A stretch of 63,208 nucleotides of DNA, counting the filler, from Reclinomonas americana ATCC 50394 (taxonomy: Eukaryota): the NCBI GenBank assembly GCA_048213135.1. It is 7 parts of 4 records of this genome, joined end to end, with 100 filler letters (N's around TTAATTAATTAA, not from the genome) between each part and the next. Parts side by side here need not be neighbours in the genome. Positions count along the whole stretch, not along the records: positions 17,375 to 30,358 come from PS015305.1; positions 30,459 to 50,671 come from PS015306.1; 5 more parts are not named here. One strand, 5' to 3'. Made by a program: the position numbers and the translations under genes. Shown here one piece after another: positions 24,701 through 37,326 of the stretch (position 1 is the stretch's first letter; each line of letters begins with the position of its first letter). The notes under the pieces are model-generated. The model searched no databases. It was not told the DNA's origin and was given only the letters and a program-made list of their open reading frames with translations.

Positions 24701-26974
24701 ACTCGCAACCGAGAGCTGCAGGAAGCAAGCACATCACCAATCAGCAAGCGAGCAACGGAAACACTCGCTTCTTCCTTCTCACATACGCACTCACCACCAG
24801 CGCCGACTAAAAAGATCTTTTGTCGCAGAATGCGCTCCTGTGCAGCCCTGCCAATCACCGCAATCTGTCCGTCGTAGCGGCTTCCAATCGGTGCCAGCTC
24901 AGCCTCCGACAGCGGCTCCTCCGGTAGCACCTCCACAAAGTCCAGGTACATGAGCTGGTGCAGCGGCTGGTACCTCTGCGTCACAGCCTTCTGTGCCTCC
25001 TGCGCTGCAAGAGCTCCCAACACCGACGCCTGTTGTGGGGCAAGGAGTTCAAATCTCGCCTCCAGTCTTACTCTCGTCCTGCCCCCTTTGCAACGCACCA
25101 TCGGGTTCAAGTCGCCCTGCGAGTACAGCGCCAGCTTGCGGACCACGTCCTTGTTCACCTCCTCGAACGGCATCTCCGAGCGCACCGGCACGATCGGCGA
25201 GCCTGGCACAAACTGCACCCGAGTGGCCGCAAAGATCGCCTCCGCCTTTTGCACCACACGCTCCGCCTCGGCCACATGGCCCGGAGTCGGTAGACGACCG
25301 TTCTCGGCCACAAAGTGCGACAGCGCCAAGAAGCCAAAGTGCAGCGACTCCGAGTTGCACGAGAACATCTTTATCAGATCCGACTGCACAATCGGACCCG
25401 GATTCTGCAGCACGTCGCGAAGAGGACGCTGCAACAACAACAACAGGGAAGAGAATGAGCAACACTCGCACAAACTCGGAACGTGATCATTCGCAGTGAG
25501 TGGGCTGACGCAACGAAGGAGAACGGCATCGGCTTCTTCACACCCTTGACAAAGCCACTGCCGCCAAACTCGCCCTCGTGCGGGATCATGCCGATCGAGA
25601 ACGTAGTGCTGTCAATGATGGTGACTTTGAACTCGTTACCGTTCAGACCCTCAATACCGTCGACGTCCTGCACCGACGAGTGTCAGCAACTGGAAGGCAA
25701 TCCACACGCAACACAACACACACAGCACCTTGAACGACACAGTGTCGCCGTCCTGCAGACCGTGGCTCAAGATTTCGTCGGCCACGCGGATGCGCACCAC
25801 ACCCTTCTGTCCGACACTGTGGCCGGCCTCGTCGTACATCGGGATTGCCTCCTGTAGTCACGGCCCGAGTGGTTGTCAGAACACTCCCAAGTTGCTTGTG
25901 AGTGTGGCCTCACACAACGCAACAATCATCTGCACAGGGAGCTCCTGGAACTCCTCGCCGTTCAGATCGTTGCACACAAAACCGTGGCCAAAGTCCGCAA
26001 ACAGCATGGCAAACGGACCTGCGTGTACACGCCCAGTGAGAATTCTCCGTTCCTTCTCTTGGCCTCTAGCCAGCATTACCACTCACCGCGCGACTGTGCA
26101 ATCACCACCTTCAGGCCCTTGTCGTGGCACCAGTCGGCGAGCGCCAGCAGATCGGCATCAATGTTAGTGTCACAGATCTTGTGCCAGTACAATGTGAGCG
26201 ACAATGGATAAGAGACAGGCCAAGGGAAAGTGAGGGGTACGCACCACTAGGCAGTCGTAGATGGAGCGGCCGTCTGGGTGCAGGTTCTCGGACTTTTTCA
26301 GGAAGTCGAACAGGTCACCAGTCTCTGCACAGCCACGCACATAAGCAAAGTGAAAAGAGAGGGGCTGGAGTGGTAGTGGTACGCACCGAGGTGAGTGTTG
26401 ACAGTCGGGTTGAGCTCGTGTATTCGTGTGAAACAAGCATCGGCGCGGTTCTTGCCAATGTCGTCCTCCGACAGCGCAAACTGTTGTGTGCGTGTGAGAG
26501 AGTGTGATGCAGCGTGTTTGAGCAGCAGTGCACAGGGGGAACCTGCGACGAGAGATCCATGAACGTGGTCACGCGCGTGTCATGCAGCACAATGGTGTCG
26601 ACGCGAGTGTGTTGTCTGCAGGAGCTGGTGCCAAGCATCGCCATGGGCGCACTTCGAGTCAGCATGATGTTCTTGGCTGTGCGTGAAACAGCAGCGAGTG
26701 AGTGAGGAGACTTCATGCTCTCTTCTCTCTCTCTCACGAACCGACTTCTGCGCCCACGCCATTCAGGCCCGACACAATGTACTTGATCCTCTTGAGGGCG
26801 TAGACGTCGCCGCGACCGAAAGACGCAGCGACATGGGAAAACTGTGACACGAGGAGAGGTGTGAGGAGATGATGAGTGTGTGGGAGAGAGAGAGAGAGAG
26901 AGAGAGAACGGGGTGTGACAGTGAACCTTCTCCTCAGCGGCAAGCAGGAAGAGATCGCGATGGCCGGAAGACAT
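21789..26974 (-). CDS. Ubiquitin-activating enzyme E1 (UBA1/UBA6-like), full length, but catalytic Cys replaced by Asp
   Basis: GLNGVGAEV|AKNIML, DLSSQ|FALSEDDIGKNRA, SRYDGQIAVIG, FLVGAG|ALGCEYLK, DMDTIE..NRQFLFR, NALDNRQARLYVDDRC, FEKDNDLNYHVDF..SNIRATMY..AGRVIPA, UFD-like end ..LPRIYVRVR*. More than 20 introns. Confidence 0.92.
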
Positions 26975-27134
26975 GCTTTCGAGCACAAGGTGGTTCGAAA
27001 GTGCGAGGACGCATCCTGTCACTTTACGAAAGTATCCTGTCACGGACGGAATTGTGGTGATGTGGAAGGTCGCTGCAAGCAGCTGGTAAGAGCAGAAGAG
27101 TTCCGCTGCATGTACGGCACAATCACGCTCACTT

Positions 27135-27190
27135 GATCGCGATGTCGATCCGGATATCGATATTTTCGAATTCGAATCGATATCGCGATC
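27135..27190. promoter_or_regulatory. Imperfect palindrome/hairpin in the divergent E1 / cytochrome b5 reductase intergenic region
   Basis: Arms 27135-27155 and 27170-27190 match at 18/21 positions; contains TATCGATA. The regulatory role is inferred from position only. Confidence 0.4.
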
Positions 27191-27652
27191 GGTTTTTGGC
27201 AGTCCTCGACCTCCAGGAGTCGGTCCTGTTTGCCGCCGCATTAACCTCTAGCAGCACCTCCTTTGTCACCCTATCCCACACCTTCGATATCCCGATACGT
27301 CGGCTGCAGCTGCACGAGCCGACGTCGATCTTGAATTCGAAGTTGATACGTCTCTTCGGCTTTCTCTCTCTATCCGTGTGTGTCTCAGTCTCCGGTGCTC
27401 ACTCGACGGTGATCTTCATGCAGTTGTGTTGCTGATTAGCTGAAGTGGTTGTCGACGTCGTTGCAATTACAAATGTCGCGATCGATTATCCACGGAGCCA
27501 AGCAGTCCACAGTGTCACAGCATATCCTTATGCATGCGCGTACTACATTCTCCCTAGCTCATAAAGAGAATTTTAATCGAAAAGACACCGGCATCGGAAA
27601 TTCAAACAAAACTCCGACACATTCATTTCTTTCACACTTTTTGCATTTGCTC

Positions 27653-28507
27653 ATGCTCGCCACCATCATCCGCCGTCGCGTTGCACACATTGTTGCCGCC
27701 CTGAGTGGTGTGGGCGCCACTGCCACTTTCGCCACGTTATGTAGTGCATGCATTGTGCATGAAAGTGACACAAAATGCATGTCAAACACACACGCACATG
27801 CACACACACGCACACTCTTTCTCTCTGTGTGTATGTGTGTGTGCGTTCGTTTGTCTGTTTCTCTCTCTCTCTGTGCAACCTCAGGCATTCGCTGTCTTTC
27901 TTTCGGTTACTCACTGAAGTGTCTGGTACACTCCCTTTCTCACTCACCTTGACTCTCTCTGCAGTCTCATCCTCTCATTGTAGCCCTGCATTCTGCCTCT
28001 CTCTCTCTCTCTCCACTCTCTCATTCATCCATTCTCCCATTATCATCCTGCATTCACTGTCTCTCTCTCTCTCCCTTCTCACACCCTCTTTCACTCTTTG
28101 CAGTGTGACTGCCTCCTCCACGGCCGCTGCCTCGTCGCCTCCAGTGGCGCTCAGCAAGGACGAGTTCCGCCCGTTCACTGTGCAGTCGGTGGACAGAGTG
28201 ACGCACAACACTGTGCGTCTGCGCGTGGCACTGCCGAGCAGTGAGCACGTGTTGGGACTGCATGTGGCCTCGTGCTTGGTGGTGAGTCACACCGGGAAAA
28301 AGAGAGAGGGAAAGAGAGAGAGGGAGAGATACAGTGAATGCACGAGACGGAGAGCATGAAAGCCCGAGTGTGCATTGACAATGCGACTGATACAGCGAAT
28401 GCCTAAGCTGCAGAGGGGACGAGAGACAGTGGATGCCCGAGGCTGCAGAGAGGGGCGGGGAGTCAGGGCTTGCCCGAGACTGTCGACNNNNNNNNNNNNN
28501 NNNNNNN

Positions 28508-28538
<31 letters not shown>

Positions 28539-30477
28539 AGAGAGCACGCCGAGACTGCAGATGGGAGACGAGAGACAGCAGAATGCCGAAGTTGCAGAGG
28601 GCGAGAGACAGCGAATGCCCGAGGCTGCAGAGAGTGACAGAGAGCCTGAGGCTGCAGAAGAGTGGACGAGTAGCAGTGCTGCTTGCGACTGCCGATGGGA
28701 GACAGGGAGGGGCGAGAGACAGCGTATGCCGAACTGCAGAGAGATGCCGCTGAGTGGGAGTGCCAGTGAAAGCTTGTAGCTGCAGGGTGAGAGAGAGAGA
28801 GTGAATGCCTGATGCTGTACAAGATGGAATGCCTGGTTGCTGAGNNNNNNNNNNNNNNNNNNNNNNNNNNNNNNNNNNNNNNNNNNNNNNNNNNNNNNNN
28901 NNNNNNNNNNNNNNNNNNNNNNNNNNNNNNNNNNNNNNNNNNNNNNNNNNNNNNNNNNNNNNNNNNNNNNNNNNNNNNNNNNNNNNNNNNNNNNNNNNNN
29001 NNNNNNNNNNNNNNNNNNNNNNNNNNNNNNNNNNNNNNNNNNNNNNNNNNNNNNNNNNNNNNNNNNNNNNNNNNNNNNNNNNNNNNNNNNNNNNNNNNNN
29101 NNNNNNNNNNNNNNNNNNNNNNNNNNNNNNNNNNNNNNNNNNNNNNNNNNNNNNNNNNNNNNNNNNNNNNNNNNNNNNNNNNNNNNNNNNNNNNNNNNNN
29201 NNNNNNNNNNNNNNNNNNNNNNNNNNNNNNNNNNNNNNNNNNNNNNAAACACAGTGAATGCTGAGACTGCGGCGCGAGAGGGAATGCTTCAGGATGCAGG
29301 GTGAAAGCAACAGTGAATGCATAAAGCTGCGGAGACAGTGAAAGCCCGAGTTTGCAGAGAGAATCAGTGACTCTTGGGGCTCCACGAGAGCAGCGTTTGA
29401 CTGTCGTAATCATCACGCTCACTCTCCACTCCTTCCCTTCGCTGCAGGTCCGCGGCCCCGTTGGCCCCAACAACGAGATGGTCGTCCGCCCGGTGAGCAC
29501 CTCCTTTCCCATTCCACTCCTCTCTCCCCTCCTCTCTCACACCCCGCCCCACGCAGTACACTCCCACCTCCGAGTCCGACGCTCGCGGCTTCTTCGACCT
29601 GGTGATCAAGGAGTACCCCGATGGCAAGCTGACGCCGTACCTGGCGCACCTCAAGCCCGGCGACACGCTGGAGGCCAAGGGTACATGGGCACGGTATTTT
29701 ACCCTCACCTGCAGTTCGTCTCCAACTCATCTGTGTGCCGCACGCGCGTGACAGGTCCGTTCCCCAAGATCCAGTACACGGCCAACATGAAGAAGAAGAT
29801 TGGTGAGCGACGAATGTGCTTCTGTCTGGTGTCTTATACTGCCACTCACGTTGGTTTCGTTGACAGGCATGGTTGCTGGTGGCAGTGGTGAGTGATCATT
29901 CGCATGCCTGCATCAATTGTCGTCGTGCAGTGTCGCCAACTGCGTGCACGATGCAGGCATCACCCCGATGATTCAGGTCATTCAGGAGATTGTGCGCAAC
30001 CCCGAAGACCGTACCGAGGTCACCTTGGTGTTTGCCAACCAGTCGGTGTGTGGTTCTCGTGCGCATGCATTCATTGCTTTTCTATTTCTCACGCGATGTG
30101 TGTGTGCAGGAGGCCGACGTGATTCTGAAGGCATGCGTTTGAGTCGTCGTGAGCGCCTCATCTTGAGAATCCTTCTCACCTCCTGCGTTTTTGCCAGGAC
30201 TACCTCGACGGCCTGGCCAAAAAGCACTCTCGCGTTGCGTTTTCGTACTCGCACCGCACCTCTGATTCGTTCTCGTGCCAACACCCGACCGTTTGCTCGA
30301 CAGCTGAACGTTGTCTACATCATCGATCGCTCCAAGAACCCGGCCGAGTGGAAGGGCCNNNNNNNNNNNNNNNNNNNNNNNNNNNNNNNNNNNNNNNNNN
30401 NNTTAATTAATTAANNNNNNNNNNNNNNNNNNNNNNNNNNNNNNNNNNNNNNNNNNNNGCGCACTTCCCTCCCACCA

Positions 30478-30527
<50 letters not shown>

Positions 30528-30944
30528 AGCGGTCACAAGGGCTTCTGCTTCGTCCCTCTCCCTCCTCCTCTCTCTCACCCCTCTCTCTACCTTACCCCAC
30601 TCTCTCCCCATCCTTCCCCCTCCCTCTCCCCATCCCTCCATCCCTATCCCTCCCCCTCTCCCTCTCCTTCACCCCCCTCCCCCTCTCCTCTCAATCCACT
30701 TCTGCCTACGCAGAAGTACATGCCGGCGCCGAGTGACGACAGCATGGTGTTCGTCTGCGGTCCGCCCGGCATGATGAAGGCGAGTGAGGGTGAACGAACG
30801 CAAGCGTTGCCAGTTATCGATCATCTCAACTATGTGTATGCACAGGCCATCTCCGGCGAGAAGAAGAGCCCCACCGACCAGGGTGACCTCGACGGCGCAC
30901 TGAAGCGCCTCGGCTACAACCAGAGCCAGGTGTACAAGTTCTAA
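27653..30944 (+). CDS. NADH-cytochrome b5 reductase (MCR1-like, probable mitochondrial)
   Basis: [92 protein letters not shown]; basic N-terminus MLATIIRRR. Confidence 0.93.
27860..29370. repeat. Degenerate intronic repeat family (core ~CTCTGCAGCCTCGGGCATTCRCTGTCTC) in cytochrome b5 reductase introns 1 and 2
   Basis: Several + strand copies at 27870-28065 and more than 10 minus-strand copies at 28330-29370. Confidence 0.75.
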
Positions 30945-31138
30945 TCGTGCGGGAGGGACACACACACCTAGATCTAGACTCGGTTCAGACTCATAACACC
31001 TCACTCAAAAACAACCACTCCTCGACCGCACCCCACACCCCCGTGGCGAGAGAATTATAAAAAAAGATGAGCGAGCGTGGCATTCTTCCAACAAATGGCT
31101 TGATTCCTTTAGTTGTTAAACACACGCAGATTACAGTC

Positions 31139-31579
31139 TTAGAAGTCGGACTCCAGGTCATACTCGTCGTCGTCCATCGTCAGCGTCGTCCGATCGTCAT
31201 CAGTGACAGATGAACCCTGGCCATATCGGTTGAGTATATACACAGACAGGAGAAAGGAAAAAACTCCTCCCTCTATTTCATACCACAAACGAGCTGGCAT
31301 CGTCGAGTGTCATCGCTATCGATGGTCTGTGCGCCGAGGCGTAGATGTTTTCCTTGTCGGGCACCATCTTCACGCCGAGTTCACGAATGTAGTCGGCACC
31401 GGCGCCATGCAGCCATCGATCCATGTCGGCTGCCAGCACGGCGGCATCGGAGGCCTTGGCGGCGAAGCGACGAATGAGAATGGTCGGCTTCACGTTGATC
31501 TCCGAGGCTTGCCAAGTCACGGCGCAGAACAGCGTGTCCTGAACACGATGGTCAGTGTACACAGGCACAGCGGGGGCCC

Positions 31580-31610
<31 letters not shown>

Positions 31611-34600
31611 CTTCTTCTTCTCCCTGTTCTTCTTCTTCTCCTTGCGCTTGTTGCCCTTCTACTCCACCTTTTCTTTCCTCTTGTACTTCTGGTCACACTC
31701 ACCTGCCACAGCTCCTGCAGCTCGCCAAGAGTCAGAATCGGGCGGAGGAACGGCATGCGCGGTTTTGTGGCCTCGAGCTTGAGCAACTCGTTCTTGACGA
31801 CCTCGGGGATGTGTTGCTGCACCTCGGGCCTGTCGAGTTTCATCATTTGCACCTGCGAGACTTGCATCGCATGACCGTGCCCACGCGAACCATGCCCGTG
31901 TGCAATCGGTGGCACCTGCGACGAGTGCGATCAGTCAGATGCATCCACACCCCGTCTCCCCCTCCCTCACATGTCCGACACACACCGCCATCTGATATCG
32001 CATCATCTCACTGGTGAAGCGCTCGTCGTAGGTGCGACGCCACGTCGCCATGGCGGGGAAGTACGCATCACGAGCCTTGCGATACTCGGCACGATGATCG
32101 CGAACAAAGTTGGCCACCATCTCCAACGCACGAGTGTGCATCGGTCGCATGTAGGGAATGAGGGCTGCGAAATCCTGGCACGGATCGCCACCCGCCATAC
32201 TCATACGGCGCGCTGCATGCGATGCTCTTCTCGGCATCTCCTCCGCTGCGATTCGCACCGTCCGTTTGGACGTGGAGCTGCGCGCGCGACACCAAAGTTT
32301 TTCAGCAATCGGTCGTCATCCACCGAAACACCTAAAGGGACGCACGATTTGGCAGGCTTCTCTTTCTTTTCTCCGACGGCGGGAGCCTCGGCCAGCACTG
32401 TGCTGCCGCGCTGTCCACGCCGTTCTCCAGACGCGCCGGCAACATTACTTGCTCGACGGCCGATAATGGCCTGCGGCAACAGCTCGCCACTCTGTGATGA
32501 TTGGAAAACAACACTGGCACGGTGGTTGGTCGAGGCAAATCGTCCCTCCGCCTGCATATGCACATGTCAGAGCGTGAGGCATGTGGTACTGCACACATAG
32601 AGAGTGTGTTTACCAACACATACCGGTGAACGAGCTGGTCGAGAGACCGGCATGAGTGCACTGTGCGGCTTGAGCATGACCGTGAGGAACTGTCGGAAGT
32701 ACCACGACCACTGGCACAGCATGAGGTCGCGGCGCGCCTTGGTGATGGCCGACAGGTCGTGCATGTTTCGTTGGATGCGATACACTGCACGACGACAGGC
32801 GAAATGTGATGTGAGCCTACCTTGCTAGAAGCCCTTGTGCGGACATGGTTCTCCACTCACCGTGCAGCATGTACTGCTGAATGCGATGCCGCACCTCCGA
32901 GGCGGCAAAGAGCGTTCGCAGGAAGGAAATGATGCGCGCAACCATTCGACGCTTGCGGAACACACGACGACCAATTGCCAGTTGCAATGCAGCCCTGCAC
33001 ACAGTTGTGTTTGAGCTACGATGACTAAATGGTTACGCTGAAAGCGTGAAACCACTGGCGGAACCTGTGCAACACGGCGGCAAGACGGCGCCCACGGAGC
33101 CGACTACGCAAGAGTACCCGAGGGTAGAATAGCCTCTGGATGACGAGAGCCGCATGCTCCAGGCGACGACGGCGTGCAAGTGCAATCCGTGACATCTGCA
33201 ACACAATTTTTGTAAGTGGACGGTTCTTCTGCTCGTGCATCTCAAATATGACGCACCCGTAATCGCCCCGCCCAGTGCAGGACTCGCGGAAAGAGCTCGG
33301 CAAAGTACAGCCAGTACATTTGCCGGCGTTGTCGCTCATTCTGTGTCTGGATGGTCTCCTTGCGCTCCGACGCCTGTGGGAGGTGATGCTTGTAAGCACA
33401 GAGAGACATAGAGAGACTCAATCCTCAGAGACAACAAGGACCTCCAACATGCGGTACTCGAGTTCCTGTCGCATGCGTTCCTGCTTCTCCGCGCGCTCCT
33501 GTTGCAGTTGGGTGTGGCGGCCGAGCACCTTGGCCATGCGATCCTCCTCCATCAAGCGCTGTTCAACGGCAGCAGCGTGCATGAGATGATCACCGAGAAA
33601 ACCATCCAACCCACCCGTTCCAAACACGCACCGCCTGTTCACGTTGTTCGTCGCGGACTTCTGGATGAACCGCCTCGAATTTGTTCTCCTTGACAAAACA
33701 CTTGCCCTCTCGAATGCGATTTTCACGCTTCTCTTTTCGTTCCTCCTCGTACGTCTCTGTGCGTAGTGAAGATGAGTGTGGCTGCATGAGCATTCTGGCG
33801 GCAGTATCTACAAGAGACCACGAAACTGCACCGCTGGAACAGCTGCACAACCTCTTCTGGGTGCGCCGAAATGTCGGCCAATCGCCTCTGCAGTTTCTCT
33901 GAAGTGGTAATGGTTGTCGCAGGTTTTGGTTTTGTTTGCGTGCGCGTCACTGCCGGCGCTGACAAGCCACGACGCCGTGTTTGTCGAGCCCAGGCCAGCA
34001 AGACATCGACATCTGCGCGTCGATGGGTATCAGCGTGTGCGACAGCAAGAGTGCAACGTGCGGCACTGTCATCTCGCAACTGTCTTCGAGCTGTGCTCCT
34101 TCGGGCAACGTGGGAACTGTGTCGTGCGAGAAGCTTGCAGTCGCCGCCGCCTGCCATGATGCGTGAGAAGCATGCACACCATGCGTACAGGAGACGACAT
34201 GTCCCATTACCTGCTCTTGCCTGGTGGCAGCCGCCTTGCGCATGCGATTCTTGATGGCGGAGATCTCGTCGGAGGACTTGTTGGTCGATCTTGGCGCTTC
34301 GCGCTCGGCAGCCTCGGCTTGCTTTGCACGACGAGCCAGCTGATGACGAGAGCAACAGTGAGTTTCAGTCACACACACACTCACAGTAGTTTCTCAAATG
34401 GCTCGTACCTGTGCGGCTTCGGCCATCTGCGTCATGGCCTGTGACACCGGATCCAGTGTGGCCATGTCTAGTACCTGCGTGACCTCGGAGTCGAACAGAC
34501 CACCCGGAACCGGACCACGGCCTGATGTCATGCTTTTCGGTGAGCCAACAATTCACACCAATACAACACGGAGACACACACGCAGCCGCACCACTCTTCA

Positions 34601-35897
34601 TGTGCTTGTTCCACTCCTCGCTCATTCGCATTCGCGGGGAAACTGGCGCACTCTTGGACGACTCGCGTGCATTGCCACCTGAAGACAAGTTCCGTGAACT
34701 GGCGTTGCGACCGCTCGCTGAACTGGAGCGCGCCAGCGGATACGGTTCTGTGGCGGCTGAGCGACTGGAGAGACTTCCCGAGGCCGTGATAAAGAGATCG
34801 TTGTCGAAGAAAGCCTTGTGAATGCGACTATGTAATACACGAGTCAGTGGTGAGCTTGAAAAAAGAGAGACAAGCAGAGGCACCCACCGATTGGCTGATG
34901 CTGCGGCGGCACTCAGTGGTCGCGACAGTGACGATGTCTGTGGCGGTTGCACGGGCTTGTAGCGACCGAACGTGGCCAGATCGGTGTCGTCCAGTGAGCC
35001 AGCTGCGCGGATCACCGCCTGTCGAGTGCACATCCACCACCACCATCATGAGAACAGACATGGAGGGCCGATAAGTGTGTGAGCTGCGCGCAACGTTGAG
35101 ATCCTCCACCAGCGGACCTGGAGTGGGAATCGGGCGATCCACACGAGGCGTGCGAATGCGGAACGAAGCGGCTGGAGGCTTGCGAAAGAGCATCGAGTGG
35201 CGATCCTCATCCAGCATGTCCTGCGCGGCGAGAAGATGAGTTGTGGTATTACGACACACCAACGCCACTAAACACACACACACACACACCAGCGGTAGCT
35301 CCATTCTCGGCTTCATCTCGTTGGTCGAATGCAACAAGCCGTCTTGCAGACTGCACACAAAAGCACAGTCAGCTGCTGCTGTTATTGCTTTCGATATCTC
35401 GTCACATGCACGCACCGCAAGTCGGGAATCGGCGAAGTGGCCTGCGTCGGAATACGCAAGTGCCACGGCGCCGACAAATGATGCGTCGACGGCTGCATCG
35501 GCTTGCTGCTTCCCGCCGTACTGTTACTCGCCGTCCGCGAATGCACTGCGGACGCCGATCGGCCTCGCGTTCTCGACGTGCCTGGCGCACTCGTACACCG
35601 CGGCGACGGCAACGGCGACTGATGAATCGCATACGCTCCTCGGCCAGAGTTGGCGGCTGTGCGAGGCCGCGAGTACGCAGACACCACAGTGGCCGAGACT
35701 CCCGGCGGTGGCGGTGTCGGCAATCGCTGCTGCGTCTTGTTCAACAGTTCGAGTTGCAAGCGAAAGTCCTCATTGGTGACCAGCGATCCCTGTCGCGCAT
35801 GTCAGTCGCTCGTGATCGTTTAAAGAGAGAAAGTGATGGAAAAGCGATGGGAGCGAACCCGAGCAACGCTTTGCCGACGCGCAGCCGCATCGGTCAT
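31139..35897 (-). CDS. Large multi-exon hypothetical protein: low-complexity N-terminus, coiled coil, IQ-like segment, poly-Lys, acidic tail
   Basis: Exons EQRLMEEDRMAKV..ERMRQELEYRMLE, EHAALVIQRLF, KKKKWAPAVP, ..DDDEYDLESDF*. Boundaries approximate. Confidence 0.55.
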
Positions 35898-37326
35898 GTA
35901 AACTGCATCGTTGACAATGAGGTTGAGCAGATTCACCAAGCGGAAAAGAACTGCCCTTCCTGTCACACTCTTGCTCTCTGTGACGCACACGCATGAATGC
36001 TCTCTCCTGTGCACACAGACAAGCGTTTCTTCTCCCCGTCTCGATTGGTTGATGAGTCGCAACGATAGTAACGTGTGTCTTCTTCCAAACACCATGCGCG
36101 ATCACTCTTCTCATCTCGCACAGAGAGAGAGAGAGAGCACACACTCACTCAAGCACATATCTCTCTCTTCACACGTACAGCAACACACATGCACTTTTCT
36201 CGCACGACAGTTCACGAACAGCGCCCGTAATCGACAACTCTCTCTCTCTCTCTTGCCTCTCACTCTCGTGTCACTCTCTCTCGCGCACACAGAGAGAGAA
36301 GAGAGCGGCACACAGAGAGACACACTCAAAGACAGACAGGCACGCGCACCTCTTTCTCAACACACCTGTTTCGCAAAATGGCCGTTGAATGATCGTTCGA
36401 TTTTCTACCAAATCAATATTTCCTCCCGCACTTTGTGAGGCAAACACACCACTTTCACAGCATGCACCGTGTTGAGTCGTTTGAGGCGCTCACGCGAGAG
36501 GAGGATGCGTGCGATTGCACTTTGCGTGTGAGTGTGTGAGTGTGAGCACAGTGTGTGTGTGTCTTTCTTCTCTCACTCTTTGCACTTGACAGGGTGAAGT
36601 CACACTGGTGTGGCCCATGGATGAGGTGCAACAGCAACTGCGATTCACTATGACAGGTGCAAGAGAGAGAGAGAGAGCGAGAGAGTGAAGAGAGAGAGGA
36701 GTGAGAGGGGAGACAAGAAAGAGTGACAAGAGAGTGCGTGAGAGAGTGTGTGCGAAGAGAACGCGAGTAGAGAGTGAGAGAGGGATGAGAGAAGAGAGAC
36801 ACATGCACGCAGACAGAGGAGGGAGCGAGAGTGCGTGCATTGTATGTGTTGTTTGTCTCACTCACTCTCTCTCTCTCATATCTCTCTCTCCCTTTCCTCT
36901 TTCCCTCTCACACTCTATAAAGCATGTGTATGTGTGTGTGAGAGAGAGATAGAGACAGAAGACTGAGAAGAGAGAGAAAGAGTGATAGAGAGAGAGTAAG
37001 AAGAGAGTGTTCGATAATACGATGCACATTCACTCACTCCTCTGTCTACGTGTATGTGTGTTAGCAAGAGAGTGTGTGTGTGTGTGTGTGTGTGAGTTGT
37101 CATGTTAAACACACAGATTTCTCCTCTCCCTTCTCCTCATCCTCTCCCTCCCTCTCCCTCTCCCTCCCTCGCATGGCTCTGCGCGTTTCATGATAGACTT
37201 GGTGGCGGTCGGAATGCGCACTCAAGTCAACGTGTTTGCGTGTGGTTTGTGGGCCGACAAGCTCTCGGCGATTGCCACTCAAGTTTCGCTATTGTTCTTC
37301 CGCACGGTCATCAACAAAGGCCTTAC

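Noticed and set aside
28330..28845. Regularly spaced repeats superficially like a CRISPR array
   Set aside because: Degenerate units of variable length inside a eukaryotic intron; no cas genes.
31581..31620. (CTT)n tract
   Set aside because: Simple trinucleotide repeat encoding poly-Lys in the minus-strand gene; ordinary.
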